From an uncultured Candidatus Binatia bacterium (GTDB lineage: Bacteria; Desulfobacterota; Binatia; UBA9968; JAJDTQ01), in NCBI GenBank assembly GCA_965213675.1, contig CBDCAF010000016.1:1-64000 (forward strand): a stretch of 64,000 nt of DNA, given 5' to 3'. The notes beneath the pieces are model-generated. The model was given only the letters and a program-made list of their open reading frames with translations. It was not told where the DNA came from and did not search any database. The translations under genes and the position numbers were made by a program. Positions 1 through 8,933 of this stretch are shown here, piece by piece. Positions within the stretch are counted from its first letter, which is position 1. Every line of letters begins with the position of its first letter.

Positions 1-67
1 AGATCGAGCGGCCAAAGGGACGGATGAGAGCGGATTTGCAGCCGCGAATTCCTGCGGCGCAAGCTCC
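1..67 (+). repeat. Dispersed structured repeat family B, copy 1 (cut by window edge)
   Basis: Near-identical to the 3' parts of 7761-7886 and 60928-61040 (atcgagcggcc.aagg.acggatg.gagcggatttgcagccg.ga.ttcct.cggcgca.gctcc). Confidence 0.9.
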
Positions 68-145
68 TGGTGTCGCGCGCGGAATGACGGTGCGATGAGT
101 TGCGCACGACCCCAACGGATTTCTTGGGAACGGAACGGCCGGGCA

Positions 146-180
146 CGCTGTAGGAGCCACCATCGGTCGCCCCTACAGCG
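146..180. repeat. GTAG-type REP-like palindrome
   Basis: cgctGTAGGagccaccatcggtcgccCCTACagcg imperfect hairpin, intergenic. Confidence 0.6.
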
Positions 181-354
181 TCTACAAGACAGGCCCCGTG
201 ACCCGATCCTTCGAACTTCTGGGCCAAGGGGACAATTCGAGACTACCACGGTTGCGAAACGGGCGCCCGCGCCCCCGCGACGTTTGCCACACAGGCGCTC
301 GCGAGGCCTGAACGTCGTCGCTTCCGGGCAACTCGCGTCAACGGGTCGGGCGGA

Positions 355-867
355 TCACTTCTGCCGCGGCACCGCGGCCCACGCTTCGATTTCGATGAGC
401 ATGTCCTGCAGGTCGATGCCGACGCCGCGCAGCAGCGTGGCGGGGCGGGGATGGGCGCGCAGATCGGGCTCGTGCTCCTCGAAGAACGCGTACATCGCGT
501 CGCGCATGTCGAACACGTCCTCGCGCCGCGTGAGGAAGTAGCGGATCATGACGATGTGCTTGAGTTCCCCGCCCATCATCTCAAGGTTGTCCTTGATGTC
601 CTGCCACGCCTGAGTGGTCTGTTCCTTGATACCGCCGACGACCTTGCCGCGGCCTTCCCGCTCCTGGCTGGGCTCCCGGCAGGGAGCGTCCTCGAACGGA
701 TCACGACCGGTGGACCCGGAGAGAAACAGGATGTCCACGTCGCCCCGGGTGCGGAAACCGGTGGCCCAGTTCATCTTCTCCTTGTGGTAGTGCGGCCAGA
801 GCGTGCCCCAGTCGTACTCGGCCTTTTCGTCATCCTGCCGCTTCAATGCCTCGGGATTGGTAGGCAT
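355..867 (-). CDS. RidA/YjgF/UK114 family protein
   Basis: C-terminal part of ORF 355..1491; start MPTNPE with SD aaggagg; motifs LFLSG, QTTQAWQDIKDNL, LIEIEAWA. Confidence 0.85.
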   Translation of the reverse strand: MPTNPEALKRQDDEKAEYDWGTLWPHYHKEKMNWATGFRTRGDVDILFLSGSTGRDPFEDAPCREPSQEREGRGKVVGGIKEQTTQAWQDIKDNLEMMGGELKHIVMIRYFLTRREDVFDMRDAMYAFFEEHEPDLRAHPRPATLLRGVGIDLQDMLIEIEAWAAVPRQK

Positions 868-971
868 ATGCACCTCCTTGTGGTTTGTGTGTGGTTCGGG
901 TTGTTCTGCTTCGAAATGTACGGCCGTGGAGCGTAACGCCGCTTCCACATGCGCTCCGGGCGCTTGCGCCC

Positions 972-1577
972 TCAGCCCAGGCCGACGAACGGCAGGGTGA
1001 TGCCTTCGGTACGCTCGACATAGCGAACGAAGCGATACTTGTACTCCGCAAGATCGACGTTCGGCCGCGGAATCTGCCGGTGGATGAGGCTCTCCTCCAC
1101 CTTGCACACCACGTAATGGAGTCCCTCGCCGGTCACGCCCGGCAATCCGTGTTCCTTGAAGCCCTCGACATCGTGCACGGTGACGGCGTTCTCGATGCCC
1201 GAAGCCCGCGCCACTGCGGCCAGGTCGGTCTGGCCGGAGGTCGCCGTGGGTTCGCTCATGGAACTGCCGCTGTAGACCTCGTTGTCGAACACGAACACGC
1301 TCAGATTGTCGAGGCCGAGATTGCCCAGGGTTGGAAGGTTGAACAGCGACAGCAACACGCTGCCGTCGGACTCCAGCACGATCACGCGCCGGTGCGGCAA
1401 CGCCAGCGCCAGACCCATGCCCACGCCCGTGGCGCAGCCCATCATGCCCACCAGCAGGTTGCCCTCGTGCTCCGGCGCCAGGTGGAACCATTCGATGCGC
1501 TGGCCGCTCTGGGAGGAGAGCACCAGTTGATCGGTCATCAACGGGGCCATGAGCTCCAGGCAGTCGCGCCGGATCAT
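972..1577 (-). CDS. TPP-dependent decarboxylase beta subunit (ComE/phosphonopyruvate decarboxylase-like)
   Basis: GMMGCATGVGMGLAL, TPP motif variant ESDGS...FDNE. Confidence 0.85.
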   Translation of the reverse strand: MIRRDCLELMAPLMTDQLVLSSQSGQRIEWFHLAPEHEGNLLVGMMGCATGVGMGLALALPHRRVIVLESDGSVLLSLFNLPTLGNLGLDNLSVFVFDNEVYSGSSMSEPTATSGQTDLAAVARASGIENAVTVHDVEGFKEHGLPGVTGEGLHYVVCKVEESLIHRQIPRPNVDLAEYKYRFVRYVERTEGITLPFVGLG

Positions 1578-2080
1578 CGGGCGAACTCCCCGGAAAAGAT
1601 CAACGCGGCCGGCGCGCGCATGGAGTCGCTGACGCGCTGGGCGTCGCGGATGTGCCGTTCGAGGTTCTCCGCGTCCTCGACCACGCGGTACTCGATTCCC
1701 AATCCTTCCAGGGTGGGAATCATGCGCATGCCGATGGTGACGTACAGAAAACTGTTACGCTGGTCGGCGAAGCTCCCCAGGAAGCCGATGAGCAGCAGGA
1801 TCGGAACGCCCATCTGCTTGCCCACGGTCAATAGAGAGTAGGCGGACACGTAGGGGCCGGTGCTCTCCATGTAGCAGGCCACGCGTTTGCCGCCCAAGGC
1901 CGCGCCCGCGGCGATGGTGATGGCCTCCTGCTCGCTGGCGGTGCCCACCAGTTGCACGGCGCCGTCCTCGCGCAGGAGCGGCAGGATCTGACTCAGCCGA
2001 CTCTCCGGCAGGTAGGTCATGAAGTTGATGCCCGCCGCCTTGAGGCCGTGGACGATCTTCTCGGCGAGTTCAGGTTGCAT
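1574..2080 (-). CDS. TPP-dependent decarboxylase alpha subunit (ComD-like)
   Basis: LPESRL, SEQEAITIAAGAALGG; ATGA overlap with the beta subunit. Confidence 0.85.
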   Translation of the reverse strand: MQPELAEKIVHGLKAAGINFMTYLPESRLSQILPLLREDGAVQLVGTASEQEAITIAAGAALGGKRVACYMESTGPYVSAYSLLTVGKQMGVPILLLIGFLGSFADQRNSFLYVTIGMRMIPTLEGLGIEYRVVEDAENLERHIRDAQRVSDSMRAPAALIFSGEFAR

Positions 2081-2118
2081 CGTTCGTATGGGGTCGTTTC
2101 CATGCCAACCGAACGCGG

Positions 2119-3393
2119 TCAGCGCGTCCAGTTGCAGATGGTGGCCGCCGACAATGCGTAGATCTGCGACGCGCGCACGATCTCGTCGATGTCGATCTGT
2201 TCGGACCGGGTGGTGAAGCGGCCGCCGCCCAGGCCGAACTTGCAGGCCGGAATGCCCATTTCGTTGTAGATGTTGGTATCGGTCCAGATGCTGGAACGGA
2301 ACGTGTTCACCGGCGTGGTCTTCTTGCCAAACAGATCCTGGTGCGTGTTCTCGATGACCTCCACCACGGGCTCGATACCCTTGGCCTCGTAACCCATCTT
2401 CGACGTATACATCTCGATGTCGTACTCGTAGCCGGTGGCGTCCATCACCGCGCGCAACTGCCGCTGCACCTCCATGGGCCGCAGCTCCGGCGGGATGCGC
2501 ACGTCCACGTAGAGCGAGCAGATGCCCGGGTGGTAGTTGGGCCGGTAGGGCGCGCCGCCCTGCACCGCGCCGAGGTTGACCTTGGGAATGATCGGGCCGT
2601 TGGCCGACTGATAGACGTGGTTGGCCTCGAACGCCTCGGCCCAGGCGTCCACCGCCTGCGCCACCCTGGCCATCTTGAGCACGGCGTTGTGTTCCTCGGG
2701 CGGCTCCTGTTCGCGGGTCACGCCCCAGGCCGCGTGGGGATTGCCGTAGGTGTCGATCTTGAACTGGGCCACGCCGGCCTGGGTCCAGACCACGGACAGA
2801 GCGGAACGGTCCGCCACAATGGCGTAATCGGACTGGACGCCGTAGGTGAGCAGGTGGCGCGTGCCCGTGCCCTCCCCGCGGTAGAGCCCGGACTGGTACG
2901 GCCCGATGGGGGTGCGTGAGATCTCCCCCGCCACCGCCGCCAGGATCAGGTCGCCCTTGAGGGCCACACCGCTCTTCTTGAGCGCCTTGCCGGCCACCAT
3001 GAAGGCCGCAAGACCCGACTTCATGTTGGACGCGGCCAAGCCGAACACCTTGCCGTCACGGATGGCTCCGCGCAACTGGCTCTGGGGCTCGAGCTCCCGG
3101 CACAGCATGAGATCGTCCTCCTGCCCGGTGAAGCTCGTGTCCATGTGGCCGTTGATCATCAGCGACACGCCGCCCCCCGTGCCCCGGAGCACGCCCACGG
3201 CATTCACGCGGTTGGGGTCGATCTCCTGGCGGATGGGCTTGAGGCCGTTGGCCCGGTACCAGTCGAGGATGAACTCGCCGATCTCTCTCTCCGATCCGGT
3301 GGGGCTCAGGATGTCCACAAGATCGCGGGTCAACTCGGCCAGTTCCTGGCCTTCGATGTGCTGCAGGATGCGTTCCTGGGTGTCGTTGTCCAT
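2119..3393 (-). CDS. M20/ArgE-DapE family metallohydrolase, divergent
   Basis: NGHMDTS, DGKVFGLAASNMKSG, dimerisation domain VNLGAVQGG, C-terminal TDTNIY. Confidence 0.85.
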   Translation of the reverse strand: MDNDTQERILQHIEGQELAELTRDLVDILSPTGSEREIGEFILDWYRANGLKPIRQEIDPNRVNAVGVLRGTGGGVSLMINGHMDTSFTGQEDDLMLCRELEPQSQLRGAIRDGKVFGLAASNMKSGLAAFMVAGKALKKSGVALKGDLILAAVAGEISRTPIGPYQSGLYRGEGTGTRHLLTYGVQSDYAIVADRSALSVVWTQAGVAQFKIDTYGNPHAAWGVTREQEPPEEHNAVLKMARVAQAVDAWAEAFEANHVYQSANGPIIPKVNLGAVQGGAPYRPNYHPGICSLYVDVRIPPELRPMEVQRQLRAVMDATGYEYDIEMYTSKMGYEAKGIEPVVEVIENTHQDLFGKKTTPVNTFRSSIWTDTNIYNEMGIPACKFGLGGGRFTTRSEQIDIDEIVRASQIYALSAATICNWTR

Positions 3394-3463
3394 GTTGTCG
3401 TGGTTCGTTGGTGCGTTCCGGGCGTAAACGTTCGACGGGTGTTCGTTGCCGGTTGCGACGCGT

Positions 3464-3626
3464 TAGTGTCGTTTCCCGTAAATTACTGCGACAAGTTGCG
3501 CAGGATTTCTTGTTGCCGGCAAGGCGCGATGACGATCAGTGACGGGCACCACGCGACGACGAGCCGCGCAGCCGACGGCGAAATTGACCAGCAAATCATC
3601 ACAGTCATTTACGGGACACGACGTTC
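3464..3626. mobile_element. MITE-like element, family A copy 1
   Basis: Terminal inverted repeats gtcgtttcccgtaaattactg / cagtcatttacgggacacgac; core homologous to 35816-35979. Confidence 0.8.
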
Positions 3627-3633
3627 GGTGGGG

Positions 3634-3810
3634 TCAGCTTTGCTGTTGCTTGTCGATCTTCATGATGGGCATGACGCCGGTGACATCCACCTTGTAGAGA
3701 TCCTGGAGCAGCTTGTGCGTCTCCTCGGCCTGCTTGGCGATGGACTCGATCTCGTCCTCGGTGAGGTTGAAACCGTACTCCTTGTCGATTTCGCGAATCC
3801 GTTCCTTCAC
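3634..3810 (-). CDS. Small acidic hypothetical protein (weakly GatC-like)
   Basis: GTG start after GGAGG; 58 aa KERIREIDKEYGFNLTEDEIESIAKQ...; coding-like GC3. Confidence 0.65.
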   Translation of the reverse strand: MKERIREIDKEYGFNLTEDEIESIAKQAEETHKLLQDLYKVDVTGVMPIMKIDKQQQS

Positions 3811-4111
3811 GGCCGTTCCTCCCATCTGCGATTGCCTGTCCGGGGATGCACTCGGGCAAGCCGGCGACTCTCGGACCGCTCGTAACACGCGGGCCGGAGG
3901 GTGTCAACGCGACCCCCGCACCGCTGGATTCCAGCCTTCGCCGGGTTGAGGCCATGGAAACAGCCTTCGCGCGAACGCGAATCGAAGTCCATGTGAATAC
4001 TGGTTCCGCGGGTTCAACCGCGATGGAACCGATTGCGTGGAAATCGCGTGAAATTTGGCGAACATTTCGCGTCCGGGAGCTCGGCTCCCGGTGGAGAATC
4101 CGCCAGGTCGT

Positions 4112-5794
4112 TCAGAACAGCCCCGTGATCCTGCCGTCCGCGGTGATGTCCATGCCCGCCGCGGCGGGGGTCTTGGCAAGCCCAGGCATCTGCATGATGC
4201 TTCCAGCGATGGCGACGACGAACCCCGCACCCGAAGAAACATACACCTCGCGCACGTTCAGGTTGAAGCCCGAAGGCGCGCCGAGCTTCCTGGGATCATC
4301 CGACAGAGACGCCTGCGTCTTCGCAAAGCACACCGGCAGGTCGCCATAACCCAGGTTCGTCAGGGACCGCAGGCTGCGCGCCGCCGCCGGCTCGAAACTC
4401 ACGGAGCCGGCGCGATAAATGCGCGTGGCGACAGTCTCGATCTTCTCCCTGAGAGGCATCTCCAGAGGATACAGCGGCGTGTAGGGGCTGTCATTGGCGG
4501 CGGCGAGATCACAAGCCGTCTCGGCGAGCTCGACACCCCCCTCGCCGCCTTTCCCGTGAAGTTCATGCGCGCGACACGGCACACCGGCTTCGTGGCAGAG
4601 ATCTTGCACGCGCGCGACTTCGGCGGCCGTATCCGACGCAAAGCGGTTCACCGCCACCACCACCGGCGCCCCGAAGCCCTGGATGTTTTCGATGTGGGTA
4701 CGAAGATTCTCGAAGCCCTTCGTCACCGCGTCCACGTTCTCCTCCGCCAGCGCGTTCGGGTCGAAGGCGACACCGCCGTGGAGCTTGAGCGCGCGCACGG
4801 TAGCGACGAGCACCACCGCGTTCACGTTCAGGCCGCCGGCGCGCGCGGTGATGTCGAAGAACTTTTCGGCGCCCAAGTCGGCGCCGAAACCCGCTTCCAC
4901 CACCATCACGTCGGCAAGCTTGAGGGCGAGCCGGTCCGCGATGAGCGTGTTCGTCCCGTGCGCGATGTTGCCGAAGGGTCCGCCGTGGACCAGGGCGGGA
5001 GAGCCTTCCAACGTTTGCACGAGATTCGGCTTGATGGCGTCCTTCAGGAGCAGGGCCATGGCGCCCGCGGCGTTCAGATCGGCCGCGGTGACGGGCCCGC
5101 CCTTCCTGTTGTACCCGACCACGATGCGAGCGAGGCGGTCCTTCATCTCGGCCGGATCGCTGGCAAGGCAGAGCACGGCCATCACCTCGGATGCCGCCGT
5201 GATCATGAAGCCCTCCTCGCGGGGCACGCCGTGAGCCCGGCCGCCCAAGCCCACCAGCATGTGGCGCAGGGCGCGGTCGTTCATGTCCAGCACCCGCTTC
5301 CAGGTCACGCGGTTCACGTCGAGCCCGAGTTCGTTGCCGTGGAAGATGTGTGCGTCGAGAAGCGCGGAGAGCAGGTTGTGGGCGGAGGTGACCGCGTGGA
5401 TGTCGCCCGTGAAGTGGAGGTTGATGTCCTCCATGGGCAGCACCTGCGACATGCCGCCGCCAGCGGCGCCGCCCTTGATGCCGAACACCGGGCCGAGGGA
5501 GGGCTCGCGCACGCAGATGACGCTCCGCTTCCCAAGCCGCGCGAGCGCCTGGCCGAGGCCCACCGTGGTGAGCGTCTTGCCCTCGCCCAGCGGCGTGGGC
5601 GTCATGGCGGTGACGAGGATCAGCTTGCCGTCCGGTTCTTCCCGGCGGCGTTCGAGAGCATCCAGACCGACCTTGGCCTTGTGCGCGCCGTACAGTTCGA
5701 TCTCCCCGGACGAAAGCCCCAGGTCCGCGGCGACCTCACCGATGGGTCTGAGTTCAGCCGATTGCGCTATTTCGACGTCTGATGCGATGGACAT
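4112..5794 (-). CDS. fhs: Formate--tetrahydrofolate ligase
   Basis: TPTPLGEGKT, REPSLGPVFGIKGGAAGGG, INLHFTGD, HGGPFGNIAHG, EAGFGADLGAEKF. Confidence 0.98.
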   Translation of the reverse strand: MSIASDVEIAQSAELRPIGEVAADLGLSSGEIELYGAHKAKVGLDALERRREEPDGKLILVTAMTPTPLGEGKTLTTVGLGQALARLGKRSVICVREPSLGPVFGIKGGAAGGGMSQVLPMEDINLHFTGDIHAVTSAHNLLSALLDAHIFHGNELGLDVNRVTWKRVLDMNDRALRHMLVGLGGRAHGVPREEGFMITAASEVMAVLCLASDPAEMKDRLARIVVGYNRKGGPVTAADLNAAGAMALLLKDAIKPNLVQTLEGSPALVHGGPFGNIAHGTNTLIADRLALKLADVMVVEAGFGADLGAEKFFDITARAGGLNVNAVVLVATVRALKLHGGVAFDPNALAEENVDAVTKGFENLRTHIENIQGFGAPVVVAVNRFASDTAAEVARVQDLCHEAGVPCRAHELHGKGGEGGVELAETACDLAAANDSPYTPLYPLEMPLREKIETVATRIYRAGSVSFEPAAARSLRSLTNLGYGDLPVCFAKTQASLSDDPRKLGAPSGFNLNVREVYVSSGAGFVVAIAGSIMQMPGLAKTPAAAGMDITADGRITGLF

Positions 5795-5861
5795 GATCCC
5801 TCTCCAGGTCCCCGTGGGCGTGGAACACGGAGCTATGGCGCTCCGCATCATCCTCCCGACA

Positions 5862-5891
5862 AGCGTAACGACGGGCCGGGACGACTGTCAA
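5862..5891 (-). promoter_or_regulatory. Putative sigma70 promoter of fhs
   Basis: TTGACA-N18-TACGCT on the minus strand, about 70 nt upstream of the start. Confidence 0.5.
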
Positions 5892-5973
5892 GGAAAGGGC
5901 GGTGGGGCGGTGTCGTGTTCACGCCAAGGGGCCGCGCCGGAATGGCCTTCCCCGGAATTGGTGGACAGGTTGG

Positions 5974-6228
5974 TTAAGCTACGCGGTGCCGTCCGACTGC
6001 CACGCCGTCCTCGACCAAGTCCCGGTGCACCCGGGGGCTGCCGTAGGTCCCACGCGGCGCCGTGTGGCTCGCCTTGATGTTGACCAGCAAGCGGCGGTCC
6101 TCCCCTGCTCGCGTACTCTCACGACGCCCACGCGAGGCGTAGAAGCCGCTTCTAGAGACCTCAAGCAGCCGGCACATCATGGTCACGGGAAATCTGGCCT
6201 TCTCCGCCTCGATGAACGCGAACCTCAC
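5974..6228 (-). pseudogene. IS3 OrfB, truncated
   Basis: MCRLLEVSRSGFY...YGSPRV...GRHRVA then stop just inside the inverted repeat; integrase core absent. Confidence 0.85.
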
Positions 6229-6512
6229 ATCGATTCCTTGGCGAAGAAGGCCGTCGCTTTTTTTAGAATGTCGCGCTCCATCCGTAGCTGCCGGTTCTCC
6301 GACCGCAGCTGGCGTACCTCCTCGAGCTCGCCCGTGCTCACCCCCTCGCGCACACCAGCGTCCACGTCGAACTGCCGCACCCAGTTGCGTACCGCCGATT
6401 CCGTCAAGTCCAAATCACGCGCGACCTCTCCCACCGAACGCGGTCCTTCCTTGACCAGCTTGACCGTTTCCTGCTTGAACTCCTTCGAAAACTTCCGTCT
6501 CGTCCGACTCAT
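6225..6512 (-). CDS. IS3 transposase OrfA (HTH)
   Basis: RRKFSKEFKQETV...VARDLDL...LRMERDILKKATAFF; A7G slippery site. Confidence 0.9.
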   Translation of the reverse strand: MSRTRRKFSKEFKQETVKLVKEGPRSVGEVARDLDLTESAVRNWVRQFDVDAGVREGVSTGELEEVRQLRSENRQLRMERDILKKATAFFAKESM

Positions 6513-6648
6513 GATCGTCACCTCCAAGGCCATCTTCGCCTCTTTTCAGGTGTCCACCAAACCGGGGGAAGACCAGGGAAACCCGGGGCGGTTCAGAGAA
6601 TAGGGGAAACCGGACTCTTGAATGCACCTGCGCACACGCCCCTTCTCC

Positions 6649-6677
6649 TTGACACCCCCGCACCCGCGACCCACAAT
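6649..6677 (+). promoter_or_regulatory. Putative sigma70 promoter
   Basis: TTGACA-N17-CACAAT upstream of the small membrane ORF and TPR gene. Confidence 0.5.
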
Positions 6678-6745
6678 GAATGCTGCGCTGGTGCCACGGC
6701 TCCGGGCTTTCCCACGGCCGCGCCGATGTGCACCGGCATGAACTC

Positions 6746-6892
6746 ATGATTGAGCTTCTGGTGACCTATCCGGGTCTTGTGTTCATCGGACTGGCGATGT
6801 TGGTGGTTCTCGACACGGTGAGCGGGAACCTGCCTCCGGCGGCGCTGGTGCCGTTCGCGTTGGGCACCGTGGTGGCGGTGATCCTTTTGTGA
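6746..6892 (+). CDS. Small two-helix membrane protein (48 aa)
   Basis: Two hydrophobic stretches in MIELLVTYPGLVFIGLAMLVVLDTVSGNLPPAALVPFALGTVVAVILL. Confidence 0.5.
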   Translation: MIELLVTYPGLVFIGLAMLVVLDTVSGNLPPAALVPFALGTVVAVILL

Positions 6893-6928
6893 GACGCTGC
6901 CGGCCGGCGCGGGGAGTGAATCGAGAGA

Positions 6929-7753
6929 ATGACGAAGCGATTTGCGCGAACCTGGGCGGCTTCGGGAGTGCTCTGCCTGACGGCATGGGTCGTGTGCGGG
7001 GCGGCCATGGCCCAGACCCGGCCCGCGGTCCCGAGCGACCCGGCGTCATCGCCGTTGCGGCAAGGAACGATCACAGAGGAGGATCTGACCGGCTCGCTGC
7101 CGGAAGCGGAACCGCGTGGTGGCCCGGGCGTGCCCGAAACACCAGCCGTGGCGGAGCCGCTGGCTCGACCCGACTTGCAACCAAGCGTCTCGAGCCCGGG
7201 ACCGGAAGAGGCAGAGGCGCCGCGTCCCGGAACGACGGCTCTCGCGCCGCGACAAACGCCGGCCGCGCCATCCACCGGATCGGCTGTCCAATCAGACCTC
7301 GACAACGGGGATTCCTACCCGCTGCCGGAGCTCGTCGCGGCGGCGGGTGCGGGCCTGCCCCAGCGCGAGGCGTCCATGAAACTGATACAGCAGGGGCAGG
7401 CGCTTCTTCGAGCCGAGCGGTACGAAGCCGCGCTGGCGCGTTTCGAGCAGGCCATCCGCGTGGATTCGAGCAATCCCTACAGCCATTACTTCGTGGCCCG
7501 GGCGCACTACTTCCTGGGCAACCACCGCCAGTCCCTGAATTTTCTTGAGGTTGCGGAATCGGGGCTGGCCGTGGATGACAGGTGGCTCGCCGAGGTATAC
7601 GTGCTGCGCGCTCGCAATGCCCGCACCTTGGGTTTTCACGCGCGCGCCGACCGGGACTACGTGCGCGCGCTCGAACTCCAGCCCCACCACAACTACGCCT
7701 TGGCGCGCCTCACCACCATCGAGACCTTGCCGCGGCCGGGCCGCAATCCTTGA
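6929..7753 (+). CDS. Exported TPR-repeat protein
   Basis: Signal peptide (AMA/Q), Pro-rich linker, TPR motifs AALARFEQAIRVDSSNPYSHY. Confidence 0.85.
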   Translation: MTKRFARTWAASGVLCLTAWVVCGAAMAQTRPAVPSDPASSPLRQGTITEEDLTGSLPEAEPRGGPGVPETPAVAEPLARPDLQPSVSSPGPEEAEAPRPGTTALAPRQTPAAPSTGSAVQSDLDNGDSYPLPELVAAAGAGLPQREASMKLIQQGQALLRAERYEAALARFEQAIRVDSSNPYSHYFVARAHYFLGNHRQSLNFLEVAESGLAVDDRWLAEVYVLRARNARTLGFHARADRDYVRALELQPHHNYALARLTTIETLPRPGRNP

Positions 7754-7760
7754 CCACGTG

Positions 7761-7886
7761 TCCCTTCCGCCGGTCGATTGAAGAGAATATCAAGTCATAT
7801 TTGACGATCACATTTGACGAAATCGAGCGGCCGAAGGGACGGATGCGAGCGGATTTGCAGCCGTGAGTTCCTACGGCGCAAGCTCC
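7761..7886 (+). repeat. Dispersed structured repeat family B, copy 2
   Basis: Homologous to 1-67 and 60928-61040; between convergent genes; carries an internal ~13-nt duplication. Confidence 0.9.
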
Positions 7887-7914
7887 GAGGTTCGGGCGGA
7901 TTTGAAGTGCGGCG

Positions 7915-8880
7915 TCAGGGCGCCGCGGCGGGCGTGTCCGGCAGCTCGTAGTGCAACGTCAAGCGCACGGTCAGCGGCGTCTCGGCCAAACCGTCGGGTA
8001 TGGGAACGAACGGCGCGGATTCGCGAACGTTGCGCAAGGCCTCCACATCCAGCACGATGAAGCCCGACGACCTGGACAAACTGACACCTTCCACCGCGCC
8101 GGTGTCGCGCACCACGAGGACCAGGTCCACCGTCCCCTGCTGGCGCGTTCGTCTGGCGTATTCCGGATAGCGCGCGTTGCTGCCGATCTTCCGTCGCAGG
8201 GCCTCCACATAGGCCCATTCTCGCGGGTTGCCCGGCTCTTGGCGCGGCTCGGCGCGGGTCACCCGGACGCCCTCCACCGGTGGATGCTCGAGCTTTTCCT
8301 CGCGCCGTCGCCGGATTCGATCCACGGCCTGATCCACCAGCGCCAGCCGGACCGTCTCTTCCGTCCTCGAAGGCTCGGCCGGGGCGGCGCCGGCCTCCGG
8401 CCCCTGCCCCTCCGCGGGCACAGCGGCCGCGGTCTCCGGGGTTCCGGGCGCGGGCGGGGTCCGCGGCTGCGTGACGAGCCGCGACAGGATTTCGATACGC
8501 TCTTGGGCCAGTTTGGCGCCGGATGGGTGGCCGAGCTGGGTGTAGACGCCCAGGACGCGGTAGTAGTCCCTCAGCGCGGCCAGCGGCTCACCCTTGAGCA
8601 GGCGCACCTCCGCCAGATTGTGGAGCGCCACGGCCAAGGACAGGCCGTTCCCCGCCTGTTCGGCCAACGACACCGCCTCGCCAAGCTGACTCAGAGCCTC
8701 CGCGTACCGTTCAGTGCGAGCGCTCCCCCGGGCCTCGACGATCTTCTCGTATACCTGCGTCTCCGGACCGGCCGCCGGATCGGTCTGCGCGTACGCAAGA
8801 ACCGGCGCGGCCAGGAGCCACGCCAGCACCAGCGCACGGCGGCACACCCGCAGTCCATTCAACCGAGGTTGGCGATCCAT
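7915..8880 (-). CDS. TPR + TonB C-terminal domain protein
   Basis: Signal peptide, TPR (AVALHNLAEV), Pro-rich linker, TonB_C (RYPEYARR..QGTV, SSGFIVLDVEAL). Confidence 0.8.
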   Translation of the reverse strand: MDRQPRLNGLRVCRRALVLAWLLAAPVLAYAQTDPAAGPETQVYEKIVEARGSARTERYAEALSQLGEAVSLAEQAGNGLSLAVALHNLAEVRLLKGEPLAALRDYYRVLGVYTQLGHPSGAKLAQERIEILSRLVTQPRTPPAPGTPETAAAVPAEGQGPEAGAAPAEPSRTEETVRLALVDQAVDRIRRRREEKLEHPPVEGVRVTRAEPRQEPGNPREWAYVEALRRKIGSNARYPEYARRTRQQGTVDLVLVVRDTGAVEGVSLSRSSGFIVLDVEALRNVRESAPFVPIPDGLAETPLTVRLTLHYELPDTPAAAP

Positions 8881-8933
8881 ATTCTCAAAGCGGCAGGCCC
8901 AAAGACTCGTCTGCCCGGCGCCGGGACACGACG

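Larger units (their letters stand above)
5943..6575 (-). mobile_element. Internally deleted IS3-family element
   Basis: Inverted ends tggccttccccggaattggtggaca / revcomp tggtcttcccccggtttggtggaca; intact orfA, orfB lacking the DDE domain. Confidence 0.9.

Noticed and set aside
4055-5782. Long antisense ORFs (e.g. 4055..5782, 11851..13872, 15384..17453, 18991..21270, 31971..34055, 58851..60509)
   Set aside because: Shadow frames of well-supported genes in high-GC3 DNA, with no family motifs
5795-5942. Possible ZTP or THF riboswitch upstream of fhs
   Set aside because: No GCCUGGGC pseudoknot or other core motif seen, and the putative promoter leaves only a short leader
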